NCBI RefSeq assembly: GCF_009914755.1
Contig: NC_060937.1
Source: the human T2T-CHM13v2.0 reference genome, Homo sapiens
Length of the DNA: 64,000 bases
Strand: one strand, 5' to 3'
Of the stretch, positions 51,796-64,000 are shown one piece after another. Each line of letters starts with the position of its first letter. Positions within the stretch are counted from its first letter, which is position 1. Under the pieces are notes generated by a model. That model was not told where the DNA came from, did no database searches, and saw nothing but the letters and a program-made list of their open reading frames with translations. The translations under genes and the position numbers were made by a program.

Positions 51796-54556
51796 TGGAT
51801 CAGTATTTTCTAATAAATTCTATGAATTGTTCTTCGATTAAAAAAAAAATCCTTCCAAGTATGATTTTCTTTCTTGAATTGTATAACACCTAAAAATTAC
51901 CTAACAGGACACCAATTGCTAGAAAATCTAGAGGCTCAACACTGATTCTGGACACACTGAAAACTAGTGTGCTTAAATTTTAGAGTCTTCTTAGAAGCTA
52001 CTTCCTTTAAATTCCCTACTCATTGCTTTTATGTATTACAAAGAAAAATAACACTCCCTAGACTAGAAACCAACCTCACTAACCTGGGAAAGGGAAATTC
52101 TTTGACCAGAACATTTACATTTAAAGTGAATGGGTCACAAGAATAACTGTCACCAAAAAAGGTTTAAACCAAGAAGCCTTTAAAACGTATTTCAAAAATT
52201 TGGCTATTACTTAGATGAATTTCAAGAACTTCTGACTGTATTACTTACTTACCCACATAAGCTGCAGCACAAGGATCACAGAAGAAATAAGGTAGAGAAC
52301 ATTATTTGGGGGCATAAAGTCTAACTCCCTGACTTAGACCCATCCAGGTTCCCTCTGGGCTCTAGGCACCTGCTTATCTTCATGAATGCACACCAACCAG
52401 GACTGTGGAGAGTTAATTCTTTAAGTGACTGATAAACACCATTACTGCTTCTCTGAAGATATAAGGAAAGCCATTTACTTCCTCATATATGCAGACAATG
52501 AATTAAGCTCTCAAGCACAGCACCATAAGGGGAGGCATTTAGTGAATGCTTTTTGATGATGATGACAAGCTTAAATTAGAAACTCATTTGATTTCCTTTC
52601 CCCTTCCCTGCCCCCCACCACTACTGTATGGCTATGTTTCAGTCTCTCAACAGTCCTTTGACTCTCTAATACTTCTCATTATAGGCTGGCTAGTTCCTCA
52701 ACTATCAGAGATCTTTTCAAGTTCAAGAAGGTTAGGTGAATAAAAGTTATGAAGGGCAGAGTTCTGCCTACCTTTTGCACCTAAAAGAATAATGAATATT
52801 TCAGCTAACCCTTCTGCATTCTCAACACTGATTGGGTAATGACACTGGCCTCACGATGGTTCAAAACTCACCCATTCCAGGTAACATCAGAAAAAAAGTC
52901 CACTTCATTCATGCTAAGTAATCCTTTATTCTGAATCTTTTGTATTCCTGTATTTGATTATGTTGAGTATGTTATTACTCCACACTTTAGTTTTTATCTC
53001 TGCAGTCCATGTTTTTTCATTCACTTATGTCCCAGTTTATAACCTATTACCTACTAGCATCACTAGGCATAGAAAATGGGCTTATTCAATATCCCAAAGA
53101 ATTCTGAAGTCCCAGGGTAGCTTTGAGTATTGAATTTAACATTTGACCATTAAAAGAGCAAAGGAAAATTAACTGTGCTTTATGTATTCTTCTTTAATAT
53201 CCATCCCTCATATCACCCTTATAAGCCTCATGTTCTAAGAAATATTTACTGCCAAAACTTTAAACGAAGTTTAATAACTACAAAGGAGATCATATAGTGC
53301 TTACCAATGGCTCAAGAAGAACCAGGGAAATTAAAGGGAACAAGGCAAATTGATAAATACTGTAATTTCCGAGTTGGCATTCCTTTTAGTATCCTATTGT
53401 CTTCTAACAAATCAAGGTACTAACACTGGTCATCAATACCCAAAGAAACTATGCACTTCTCCCTCCTACACACTTATAACAAACTCAGTACAATTATGTC
53501 TGTAGTTTCTTTTTTATCTAAAAGCACTAGGCTCTCTCTTCTCCTCACCCTGGCCTTTTCTGAGCCCAAACAACATTTATTTTATATGTGGAAGATGGCT
53601 TACATCTAAGTTGCAAGTATTTCTCTGCTACTTAACCTGAGGACCTGAGAGCCAATATACAGGGGAACTCCTTTAAAATACCATATGGAGCTCATTAATA
53701 ATTTTGAGAGATAAGATTTAGTAATTTCACACAGGAATAGTATTTTAAGGAAATGCAAATAGTTGAATATGTGATTGTAGAACTGAGTACTACAAAGCCA
53801 TCTCCTTTCAGCACAAGAGGACTCCACTGTGGATAAACTTGAACTCAAGCTAAAGGCTGATCACTTGGGTCAAGATGGTGTTGTAGGAGTTGCCTGTAAC
53901 ATCTAGTGCTGATGGCATGGATCTTATCTCCCTTTCTAGGCCGAAAAATCCTAGAGGTTTGCCTTTTTCACCATGCTGTATCTCGTTCAAAGAAAAACTG
54001 AAAAAAATGAACCAGTTTCATAAATCACAACATTCTTTTGCATGAGGTACTCTGAAGCAGCTGCTTATTGCTGTCCTGGAATTAGTCACCAAGTCTTTAT
54101 CTATCTACAATCTTAAAAATAAGAGAGTGGTAGCAAAAGAAAAGATAAGGTCAAAACTTTTCCTTTCATTGGTGCGAAAATGGTTATGTGTTTGTTTTTA
54201 GGTACACAGGGGAAGTCGCTGATATAAGCTTAAAAAACCTATGGCAAACCACAAAGAGGACGAAACAGAAACACATCCTTTAAATTGGTATTATTCTTCT
54301 AGAAGAAGATGCAATCTTATACAGAAGCACAACAGTCTCTAATTATAGTCACACATGGAACCACCTGATATTTCTTGGCAGTTAATGATATTTAAATAAG
54401 AAAAAGTCTTCTTATTGCATATAAATGCTCATCCAGAGATTCTGTCCTTTCCTCACAAATCATCTGATGATGAGTCAAGATAATATGGCTATTTATGCTT
54501 TTGAAGGTACTTATTTTAAAAACAACCATAATAGATTTTTAAAAACCACAACTTAC

Positions 54557-54805
54557 CTCCTTTAGCTTATCCACATCATCTTTCACTTTTTCATAGATTT
54601 CATTAGCTGTTCTGAGTTTTTTCTTCCACTCTGCTACAGTTTCTGGGTTAATTTTACTTGGATTATCTGTGACTAGATGTTTGTCTTCATTTTGGTTGCC
54701 CTGCACCAAGGTTAAAGGATCCAGAATAGTTTTGATCTGTGACTCCAAGCTGAGATTTTTACTCTTAAGCTCTTCTACTTCTTTCTGTAAACAATCTATT
54801 TCGTC
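54557..54805 (-). CDS. OBI1: OBI1/RNF219 exon 4 (coiled coil)
   Basis: CAG acceptor, GTAAGT donor, 249 nt; DEIDCLQKEVEELKSKNLSLESQIK...VKDDVDKLKE. Confidence 0.94.
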
Positions 54806-55093
54806 CTGAAAAAGCATTGCATAGTCATGAGGCAGGCATAGACACTAAACACATACATACATATGCTAAACTGAAGCCAACATGGTTTGAATTTTGTACT
54901 TAAAATTCTGTAGATACATAGATTCTTTACATATCAAAAGAGTTTTGCAGGGAGAAAGTCACATACAGTTTAAATTCTCAAAATGTGGCCTGACTGATAA
55001 AAATTGGGATTTATGTTGCCTTCATTTTAATTCAATGTTAGTTGTGATTTTTAAAAATGCCAAATCTTTGATTCTATTTAAGATATCATCCAG

Positions 55094-55745
55094 GTGGAGA
55101 AATAGGAACACTTTTACACTGTTGGTGGGACTGTAAACTAGTTCAACCATCGTGGAAGTCAGTGTGGCGATTCCTCAGGGATCTAGAACTAGGAATACCA
55201 TTTGACCCAGCCATCCCATTACTGGGTATATACCCAAAGGACTATAAATCATGCTGCTATAAAGACACATGCACACGTATGTTTATTGCGGCATTATTCA
55301 CAATAGCAAAGACTTGGAACCAACCCAAATGTCCAACAATGATAGACTGGATTAAGAAAATGTGGCACATATACACCATGGAATACTATGCAGCCATAAA
55401 AAATGATGAGTTCATGTCCTTTGTAGGGACATGGATGAAATTGGAAATCAACATTCTCAGTAAACTATCGCAAGAACAAAAAACCAAACACCGCATATTC
55501 TCATTCATAGGTGGGAATTGAACAATGAGATCACATGGACACAGGAAGGGGAATATCACACTCTGGGGACTGTTGTGGGGTGGGGGGAGGGGGGAGGGAT
55601 AGCACTGGGAGATATACCTAATGCTAGATGACGAGTTAGTGGGTGCAGCGCACCAGCATGGCACATGTATACATAGGTAACTAACCTGCACAATGTGCAC
55701 ATGTACCCTAAAACTTAAAGTATAATTAAAAACAAAAACAAAAAC

Positions 55746-55775
<30 letters not shown>
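55094..55775 (+). mobile_element. 5'-truncated young L1 (L1PA2-like)
   Basis: Intact ORF2 C-terminus (55162-55521), G-rich 3' UTR, GAG rather than ACA at the L1HS diagnostic site, A-tail, 14-bp TSD AAGATATCATCCAG. Confidence 0.95.
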
Positions 55776-55777
<2 letters not shown>

Positions 55778-55939
55778 GATATCATCCAGAAAATAAGAAA
55801 AGTCACATGAATTCCAACAGGGAAGTAGATTCCATTTCAAAAAAGAACAAAAAAACAAAAAACTTGAGGCATACTCAACTGCTTTACTGAGGGGAATTTG
55901 AAAGTACATTGAGGGGGGCCGGGTTAAAAAAAAAAAAGG

Positions 55940-56249
55940 TACAGTTTGTCCCCACCTCATCCCCACATCTACAGGGGATTGGTTCTAGGACCCTTAGGGA
56001 TACCAAAATCCATGGATGTTCAAGTTCCTGATGGAAAATCACTAGTGCTGTATTTGCATATAACCTACATACATCTTTCCATACATTTTAAGTCATCTCT
56101 AGATTATTTATAATAACCAATACAAAGTAAATGTCATACAAATAGTTATTAAACTACATTATTTTTATATATATTTATTTTTTTAATTTTCAATCTTGGT
56201 TGTTTGAATCCACAGATGATGAATCCTTGGATATGGTGGGCTGACTGTA
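55940..56249 (+). mobile_element. MER2-like (TcMar-Tigger) MITE
   Basis: TA-CAGT...GGGGATTGGTTCTAGGACCC..GGATACCAAAATCCATGGATG...GGCTGACTG-TA. Confidence 0.8.
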
Positions 56250-56267
56250 CAGAGTTATCAAGATGAT

Positions 56268-56554
<287 letters not shown>

Positions 56555-57855
56555 TTAGGGTTTTGATATTTATACTTTCACTTCTATATTTGAAGTATGA
56601 GTGAAACCATCTACCATTTCCTTCTACTTTTCATTCCAGAATAATATCTGTAGTTAATTTTGAATTTTCAACTTTTCTGGATTCTGGTTCTTCAATTACT
56701 ACTGTGACTATTGCAAGTATTAGCCTTCCCACTCTGGAAATGTTTATTATCCTAAAACCAGTCACTAAACATTTGGGTTAGAACTTCTTACTATGATGCC
56801 ATTTATTCATCTATAATAAATATGTCACCTTAAATTGAGGTTGTTAAAAATTCTGCTAGAAAATAAACCCCCAAGTAGCTCAAGTGATCTCCCAAAGGAT
56901 TAATTTGTTTACCATCTGAGTATGATAAATATTCATTATATAAAAATACATTTTAGCATTAAATGTCACACAGATAGTACTACTTACTATTTTAAATTGC
57001 AATACATTTCAACTTAAATAGCATTTTCATAAAACAAGCAAATTCATATATGTAAGGAACACATATATGAATAAACATATATTCAATCATGTATTTATAC
57101 CCCACTGCATTCCAAAAATTTTTGAGGCAGTTGAGGCACCTTCCATGTACACAGTTAAACTGAAAGATATTTTGAGTCAAGAGGGGATCGATATCTCCTT
57201 CTTCAGTCAACATAAAATGACAACTGGGCTTAATGTGTACTATTCAAAAGTGTATGTATTCTATTAGCATGAATTTATTTGTAAAAATAGCATCACCATG
57301 TCCAATCATCCTGTTCATTCACCTTTAGACAATAATTAGGAAACAGCATGTTTCACACTAAAATCTCTGTGCTGGCAGTTGACATAAGGTATAGTATTTA
57401 CTTTACTAGAATTGATCAGTCTTATAATCATCAGTAACTTCATAGGCAGAAGCAACTGATGACTGCAGAGGTCAGACTGGCTTTCACAAGGAGATTTCCT
57501 TTTTCTCCCAACTTCTTGAGGAAGCAAATACAAAATGATATGTCTGTGGAGGTACAAATTTTAACTTAAAAAAAAAAAAAAAAGAAAGAAATGCTTCCAT
57601 CTGTTCCTTTTTTCTGGAATCCCATTCCCCCATTCCTTGGTACTTAAAGAAAAAAAATAAAACAAAAAATCTCTTTCCTCTATTTAAAATACGAAAGGAA
57701 AAAAGAAAAAAGAATTTATCAAACAATTTCTTTTTATAGGCTTTTAAAATAAAATTTCATTGGATATTTACTCTAAGAAGTCTGGGGACTGAGGTAGGTC
57801 AGTTTTTACCTTGAATTCACTGCTAACATAATTTTAAACTTTGATTACTGTTTAC

Positions 57856-57947
57856 CTCATATTCTTTGTGTAGTAATTCAAGTCTAGTTTTCCGAAGATG
57901 CTTCCTGACCGTATGGCTTAGCATAGGTTCACTTTCACTTGTTCCTC
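57856..57947 (-). CDS. OBI1: OBI1/RNF219 exon 3
   Basis: Poly-T tract and CAG acceptor, GTAAA donor, 92 nt; (G)GTSESEPMLSHTVRKHLRKTRLELLHKEYE; phase continuous with exons 2 and 4. Confidence 0.92.
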
Positions 57948-58336
57948 CTGTAGGGAAAAAAAAAAAAATCCTAATTTTTCATTCTGATTCGGGAAGAATG
58001 AAAATGATCCTTTTTCATATTGTTTTATATAGCTTCCCAGCTTCACATCTACCCTTCCCCTTACATACACACTTGGGGCTTACATCTAGGCCTTTTCTCT
58101 ACCCTAATCTTGAGGAAAAAAAAATATATCAAATAACACCATAAGAAATACCTTCAGTAACACATCATATTGTATTTACATATCTACATATCTTATCACA
58201 GCAAACTCAGTGGAGGAAAGGGCTGTAATTATCACATTTGGACTACTTCAAATTCTGAAAACTAGACTATATTTAAATAATAAAACCAATTATTACATTT
58301 ACATTTAACCAAGAGATTATATAAAAATGTATTACT

Positions 58337-58633
58337 GGCTGGGTGCAGTGGCTCACGCCTGTAATCCCAGCACTTTGGGAGGCCGAGGCGGGCGGATCAC
58401 GAGGCCAGGAGATAGAGACCATCCTGGCTACAGTGAAACCCTGTCTCTACTAAAAATGCAAACAAACAAAATTAGCCGGGCGTGGTGGCTGGCGCCTGTA
58501 GTCCCAGCTACTCAGGAGGCTAAGGCAGGAGAATGGCATGAACCCGGGAGGCGGAGCTTGCAGTGAGCCGAGATTGCGCCACTGCACTCCAGCCTGGGCG
58601 ACAAAGCGAGACTCCGTCTCAAAAAAAAAAAAA
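58337..58633 (+). mobile_element. AluY-like
   Basis: Full length; GTATTACT on both flanks. Confidence 0.93.
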
Positions 58634-59239
58634 GTATTACTGCTATATACCTATGTATATAGATTAATGTGTCTTTTCACGGATTCTAACAGGCTAGTTA
58701 CAATGGACTGTAAGTCATGGCATTAACTCTATGTCATGACTTGTTACAAATGCACTCACAATGAATTCTTCCTGAGAGCTCTTCACTGATGCTCTGGTTA
58801 CCTTCTTTGTACTTCTTAGCATTATAATAATAGCAAAGGTATTTTACAGGTGTTCTTTTTCAGGATGTTCTATCCAAATGCAAAAATGGATGAACTATTT
58901 TCCTTGAGAGAATTTATGAAATATCACTTAGGTATGAATGAATAAAGGTAGGATATGGGATGAGAAGAAAAGCTGGGGGAAAATATTCAAATCATCAAAG
59001 CTCATATTCTGCAAGAAAAGACTTGACTCCTTGGTGAAATTCAGCAGGTAAAAAAAAACAGATAGAGGTTAACCCCGTAGCATGCAACACAGCAGAGAAC
59101 CAGTCCTCTACCAGACTTCACCCAGGTACCAAGAGCCAACTCTGATTGCGCCTTCAGATCTCTTATTTCCTAAGTCCTACTAGTTCTTCTTTTGCTCTGT
59201 AGCATATATATTCCTTTCTATTTCCTTTGTAAAAATCTT

Positions 59240-59534
<295 letters not shown>

Positions 59535-59829
59535 TCTTATTTAAGTCCATTTTCCCTAACTTGGGACTATTACAATGACTTCTTAAGTTTTCTGAAAAAT
59601 GTTTTCTATACTTGGCTAATTGTAGATTCACTTTCAATTTTTCCTATAGCAAAAACAAGTAGAAATCATTTTAATTTTTGCAACCTAAAATAAATAACTT
59701 ATATGAGTAGAATAAAAACCAAACTCTAAAAAGGCTCTTTAGAAGTTCTCCTTTTCAAGGATCCTCTAGTTCAAGCTTTACTCCTCCCCCACCCCACCAA
59801 TATTAATGTGACATAGAATTTGTTTTCAC

Positions 59830-60500
59830 CCTTAATCCAAACTTACATTTTCTATCACCTAGGCAAAAGCCTCCTACCAGACCTACTCACATCCTGTCTA
59901 CTCCTATAGTCCAACCTATGTATTACCACAAGTAATATTTGTAAAGCACATTTTGGATCATACCACTCCCTTGCTCAAAACCATCATGCCCAATTCACCC
60001 TTCTTCTTAGTCCTAGAGCAAGTCCCTGATTTAGCTGTCATTCAAGGTTCTCTGCACTAAAGTCTCAATTTACCTTTTGTCTTATCTCAGTAGTCGGACC
60101 CAAAGTAGACTACTGATCATTTCTAAAAACATGCTCTGGGTTTTCCTGTATCTAAACTTTTTAGTTCATGCTATTCTCCCTGCAGGAAATGCCCTCCTTA
60201 ATTTTCACCGTTGAAATGTTATCCATCCTTAAATTTAAATGTCCAGCTTAAAGGCCACCTACTTTATGAAGCCCTTCTCGGTGTTCTTAGCTGAAGTTTC
60301 TTGCCTGAACTCTCTGGGCTTTTTTGGGGCCCTTAGCACTTGCTGCTTTTCTTTTGGTTCAGTTGCTATGAAAATGTAAGTTCCGTGAGGCTCTCAGGGT
60401 TATTCCTCTTAGCACCTCTCAGTGCCTTGTGCCCCAGTTGCTCCACATATACATTACACAAATTACTCAACCACTCAGTATTATGTTGGCCAAATAGCAT
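59830..60500. mobile_element. Degenerate L2-like remnant
   Basis: GATCATACCACTCCCTTGCTCAAAACC and TTCATGCTATTCTCCCTGCAGGAAATGCCCT L2-type motifs; similar L2/MIR remnants near 35.4, 39.2, 43.7-44.5 and 61.7-62.1 kb. Confidence 0.55.
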
Positions 60501-60595
60501 CACTGAAAATAGCCTATTTCAGTCTTCCTCGAAATATAAATTATTTGGAGATTGTTTCAAACCTATTCCTATGCATATATAAAACAGGCCCTTAC

Positions 60596-60731
60596 CTATA
60601 ATTTCTTTGCAAGGATTTTCAGGAGTGATGGGGACTCTGCAAGCTGGACACTGGCTATTATTCTTCAACCACAAATCAATACAAATCGAACAAAATACAT
60701 GGTTGTTGATGCATATGACAGGCTGACGTAC
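60596..60731 (-). CDS. OBI1: OBI1/RNF219 exon 2 (RING finger core)
   Basis: AAG acceptor, GTAAG donor, 136 nt; VRQPVICINNHVFCSICIDLWLKNNSQCPACRVPITPENPCKEII with RING-type Cys/His spacing. Confidence 0.93.
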
Positions 60732-61391
60732 CTTTGAAAAAAGAAATCACTTTTAGTACAGGACAACGGTCATAATTAGAAGATCAAATGGTTTAGTTTA
60801 CAGCAAACTGCTTCTCTAGATTATAGCAGAGTAGGAGTTTAAGAAGGGATATCTAGCGCTTTTAAAAACACTGCTTCTGTTGGTCACTTTTCTTTTTACA
60901 CATGTTTAACAGAGATACTAGATGAGATACTGGATCATGGAGACTGAAGCTTTTGACATATAAAATGCTTTATTTTGTACCTAAACCACAGAATTCATGC
61001 CAAAAAGAAAATGCTTTTTGTTCCACTAAGGCTGGGACAATTTTGCTCAAACTCTTCTATTTTAGCATTATAGAACAGCAGGATTAGGTTTTTGAAAATA
61101 TCATTTAGCACAATCATCCATCTGATGCCCGAATCCTTTTCTCAATTCATTCCACTGTTACAGAATAACAGCAACTATTAAATATTGTATTGATACTTTA
61201 CTAGAAATTCCCCAAAACCAAACAGTAATGAAAGCTAAAACAACCCAAAAGGCATGAGCTTCACTCTCAAGTAGTTTATAATCTAAACAGCAAACAATGC
61301 AGACAGAATTACTGAGATACACCAAATACACAAATCTTTGACTCCAGGCTCCATTTAAACAAGCACAAATAATAATACCTTACATTTATAG

Positions 61392-61754
<363 letters not shown>

Positions 61755-62536
61755 TAAAAATACCACAACTTGGTGAGGTAAACTGGGTAAATATGCTTTA
61801 CAAATAAGAAAACAAAGGCATGAAGAAATTAGGTAGCTTGCTCAGGGTTAACTGGGTGTGTTGACTGTTTGTAGTTGTTTTATCAGGAGGAAGAAAGAAA
61901 AGAGAAGCTGCTTTGGTTTTCTCCACAGCATTTATATTACCTGATATTATACTCGTGTTTACATATTTATTGTCTATCTCCCTTATCAGAATGGAAACTC
62001 CATGAGAGCAAGAACTTCTTTACTCTCATTCATAACTAAACCTTTAGTGCCTAGAAGATAGCTTGGTACTTAGCAGGTACTCAACAAAGGTCTGTTGAAT
62101 GATTAACTGCTATTAAGATAGTGTTAACATTCAACTAGTTGGGAAAGTTGTCAGAAGGAAATAATGATTTAATATTTTTTGAAATAGCACAAATTTAAAA
62201 ATACAAACAAAAACAGCACAGAAAAATGTAGTCTTATCACTTGATTTACATGGTCTCTTCACGGTGGGACTCAAAACATTTCATAGCCATTTTCAATATT
62301 TCCCTAATAGTAATTACAGTATAGAACCCTTCTGCACTAGGAACTGGAAGACTAGGTCAAGGGAAAGCAGAGTAAGTAGAGGGAGAATGAAGAGGCAGAA
62401 CCACCACAAACCACTTTTCTCGGAGAAAATGCTTGTGCTACTCTATGTCTGCCTTAAAAGAATCTACTGAGTATTCATTAATTTAAAAGGGGCCCCCACC
62501 TCTCAAAGAATTAATAGATGCATAGCTATTCATGAC

Positions 62537-63522
62537 TGTAGGGAAAAGAAAGAGAGATCAGACTGTTACTGTGTCTATGTAGAAAAGGAAGACATAAGAA
62601 ACTCCATTTTGACCTGTACCCTGAACAATTGCTTTGCCCTGAGCTGTTAATCTGTAACTTTGCCCCAATCCTGTGCTCACAGAAACATGTGTTGCATGGA
62701 ATCAAGATTTAAGGGATCTAGGGCTGTGCAGGATGTGCCTTGTTAATAAAATGTTTACAGGCAGTATGCTTGATAAAAGTCATCACTATTCTCCATTCTG
62801 GAGTAACCAGGGGCACAATGCACGGCGGAAAGCCGCAGGGACCTCTGCACAGGAAAGCCGGGTATTGTCCAAGGTTTCTCCCTATGTGATAGCCTGAGAT
62901 ATGGCCTCATGAGATGGAAAAGATCTGACCGTCCCCCAGCCTGACACCCGTGAACGGTCTGTGCTGAGGAGGATTAGTAAAAGGGGAAGGCCCCTTGCAG
63001 TTGAGATAAGAGGAAGGCCTGTCTCCTGCCTGCCCCGGGAATGGAATGTCTTGGTATAAAACCCTACTGTACATTTGTTCAGTTCTGAAATAGGAGAAAA
63101 ACCGCCCTGTGGCGGGAGGCGAGACATGTTGGCAGCAATGCTGCTCTGTTACTCTTTACCCCAATGAGATGTTTGGGTGGAGAGAAGCATAAATCTGGCC
63201 TACGTGCACATCCGGGCACAGTACCTTCCCTTGAACTTATTTGTGACACAGATTCCTTTGCTCACATGTTTTCTTGCTGACCTTCTCCCCACTATCACCC
63301 TGCTCTCCTACTACATTCCTCTTGCTGAGATAGTAAAACAGTAATCAATAAATACTGAGGGAACTCAGAGACCAGTGCCGGTGCAGGTCCTCCATATGCT
63401 GAGCACCAGTCTCCTGGGCCCACTGTTCTTTATACTTTGTCTCTGTGTCTTATTTCTTTTCTCAGTCTCTCGTCCTACCTGATGAGAAATACCCACAGGT
63501 GTGGAGGGGCTGGCCCCCTTCA
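62537..63522 (+). mobile_element. Solo HERV-K(HML-2) LTR (LTR5A/LTR5B-like)
   Basis: TGTAGGGAAAAGAAAGAGAGATCAGACTGTTACTGTGTCTATGTAGAAA start, ...GGGGCTGGCCCCCTTCA end; 986 bp; TATAAAA at 63055, AATAAA at 63347; flanks ATGAC/ATGAT. Confidence 0.93.
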
Positions 63523-64000
63523 ATGATGGGCAGGTAATCATTTGAGTCTCGTTACAAAGAGCTCTGGTCTCAGTCTGGCTTTCTGAACATTCTGGTTCTC
63601 CCTTGATTATGAACACTAACCCAAGAAAACTAAACAAAGATAATCTGGAATAGATTTAAACTTCTTGGAGAAACTTAATTCTAAGCATTCATTTCAACTG
63701 GTTTGACAGATTCATTAAAAAAAAAAATAATGAACCATAGTGTTTCAAAGTCTTCTTCCAAAGTGGTCCTACCAGCAGCCAGGAGTGAACGCTTATCTAT
63801 AAAGTATTCCTGGTCAGAGTCTCAAATGGCAGACAAACCTGAACTTTCTTTGCAGGTTCTATTTTTTTTCTTAAAAATTCATGTGATTTGCAAGTCCAGA
63901 CCATAATATATTCATATATGTTTTAATTTCATCTTTATGTCATGAAATCTTTTAAGAGCACAAAAATCCCAAACCAAGAAGATACTGCCTTATCTATCCT

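Noticed and set aside
55162-55521. 119-aa ORF resembling a real protein
   Set aside because: C-terminus of L1 ORF2 in a 5'-truncated copy, not a host gene

Overview
Mammalian (human-like) genomic DNA, recognisable as the POU4F1 (Brn-3a) / OBI1 (RNF219) locus, recalled as 13q31.1. Both protein-coding genes lie on the minus strand. POU4F1 is complete: 2 coding exons (19052-18930 and 18277-17138), 420 aa. OBI1/RNF219 exons 2-6 are present; exon 1 lies beyond the right edge. About the first 25.6 kb has no recognisable Alu/L1/LTR and contains several CpG islands, microsatellites and transcription-factor motif clusters. From 27 kb on, the sequence is dense in Alu, L1, MaLR, DNA-transposon and MIR/L2 copies, plus a solo HERV-K LTR5. 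No prokaryotic-type system, CRISPR array or novel protein-coding gene is supported. The best leads are regulatory: (1) an out-of-frame uORF covering all four N-terminal POU4F1 AUGs, after which the next AUG is Met85, suggesting a C/EBP-like long/short isoform switch; (2) an RE1/REST site; (3) an 18-bp palindrome with a TCTCGCGAGA core in the promoter; (4) POU4-motif clusters on both sides of the gene; (5) a (GGAA)14 microsatellite; (6) a recursive-splice-like AG|GTACGT at the OBI1 RING exon. All are hypotheses read from the sequence by eye; repeat boundaries and subfamily calls are approximate.
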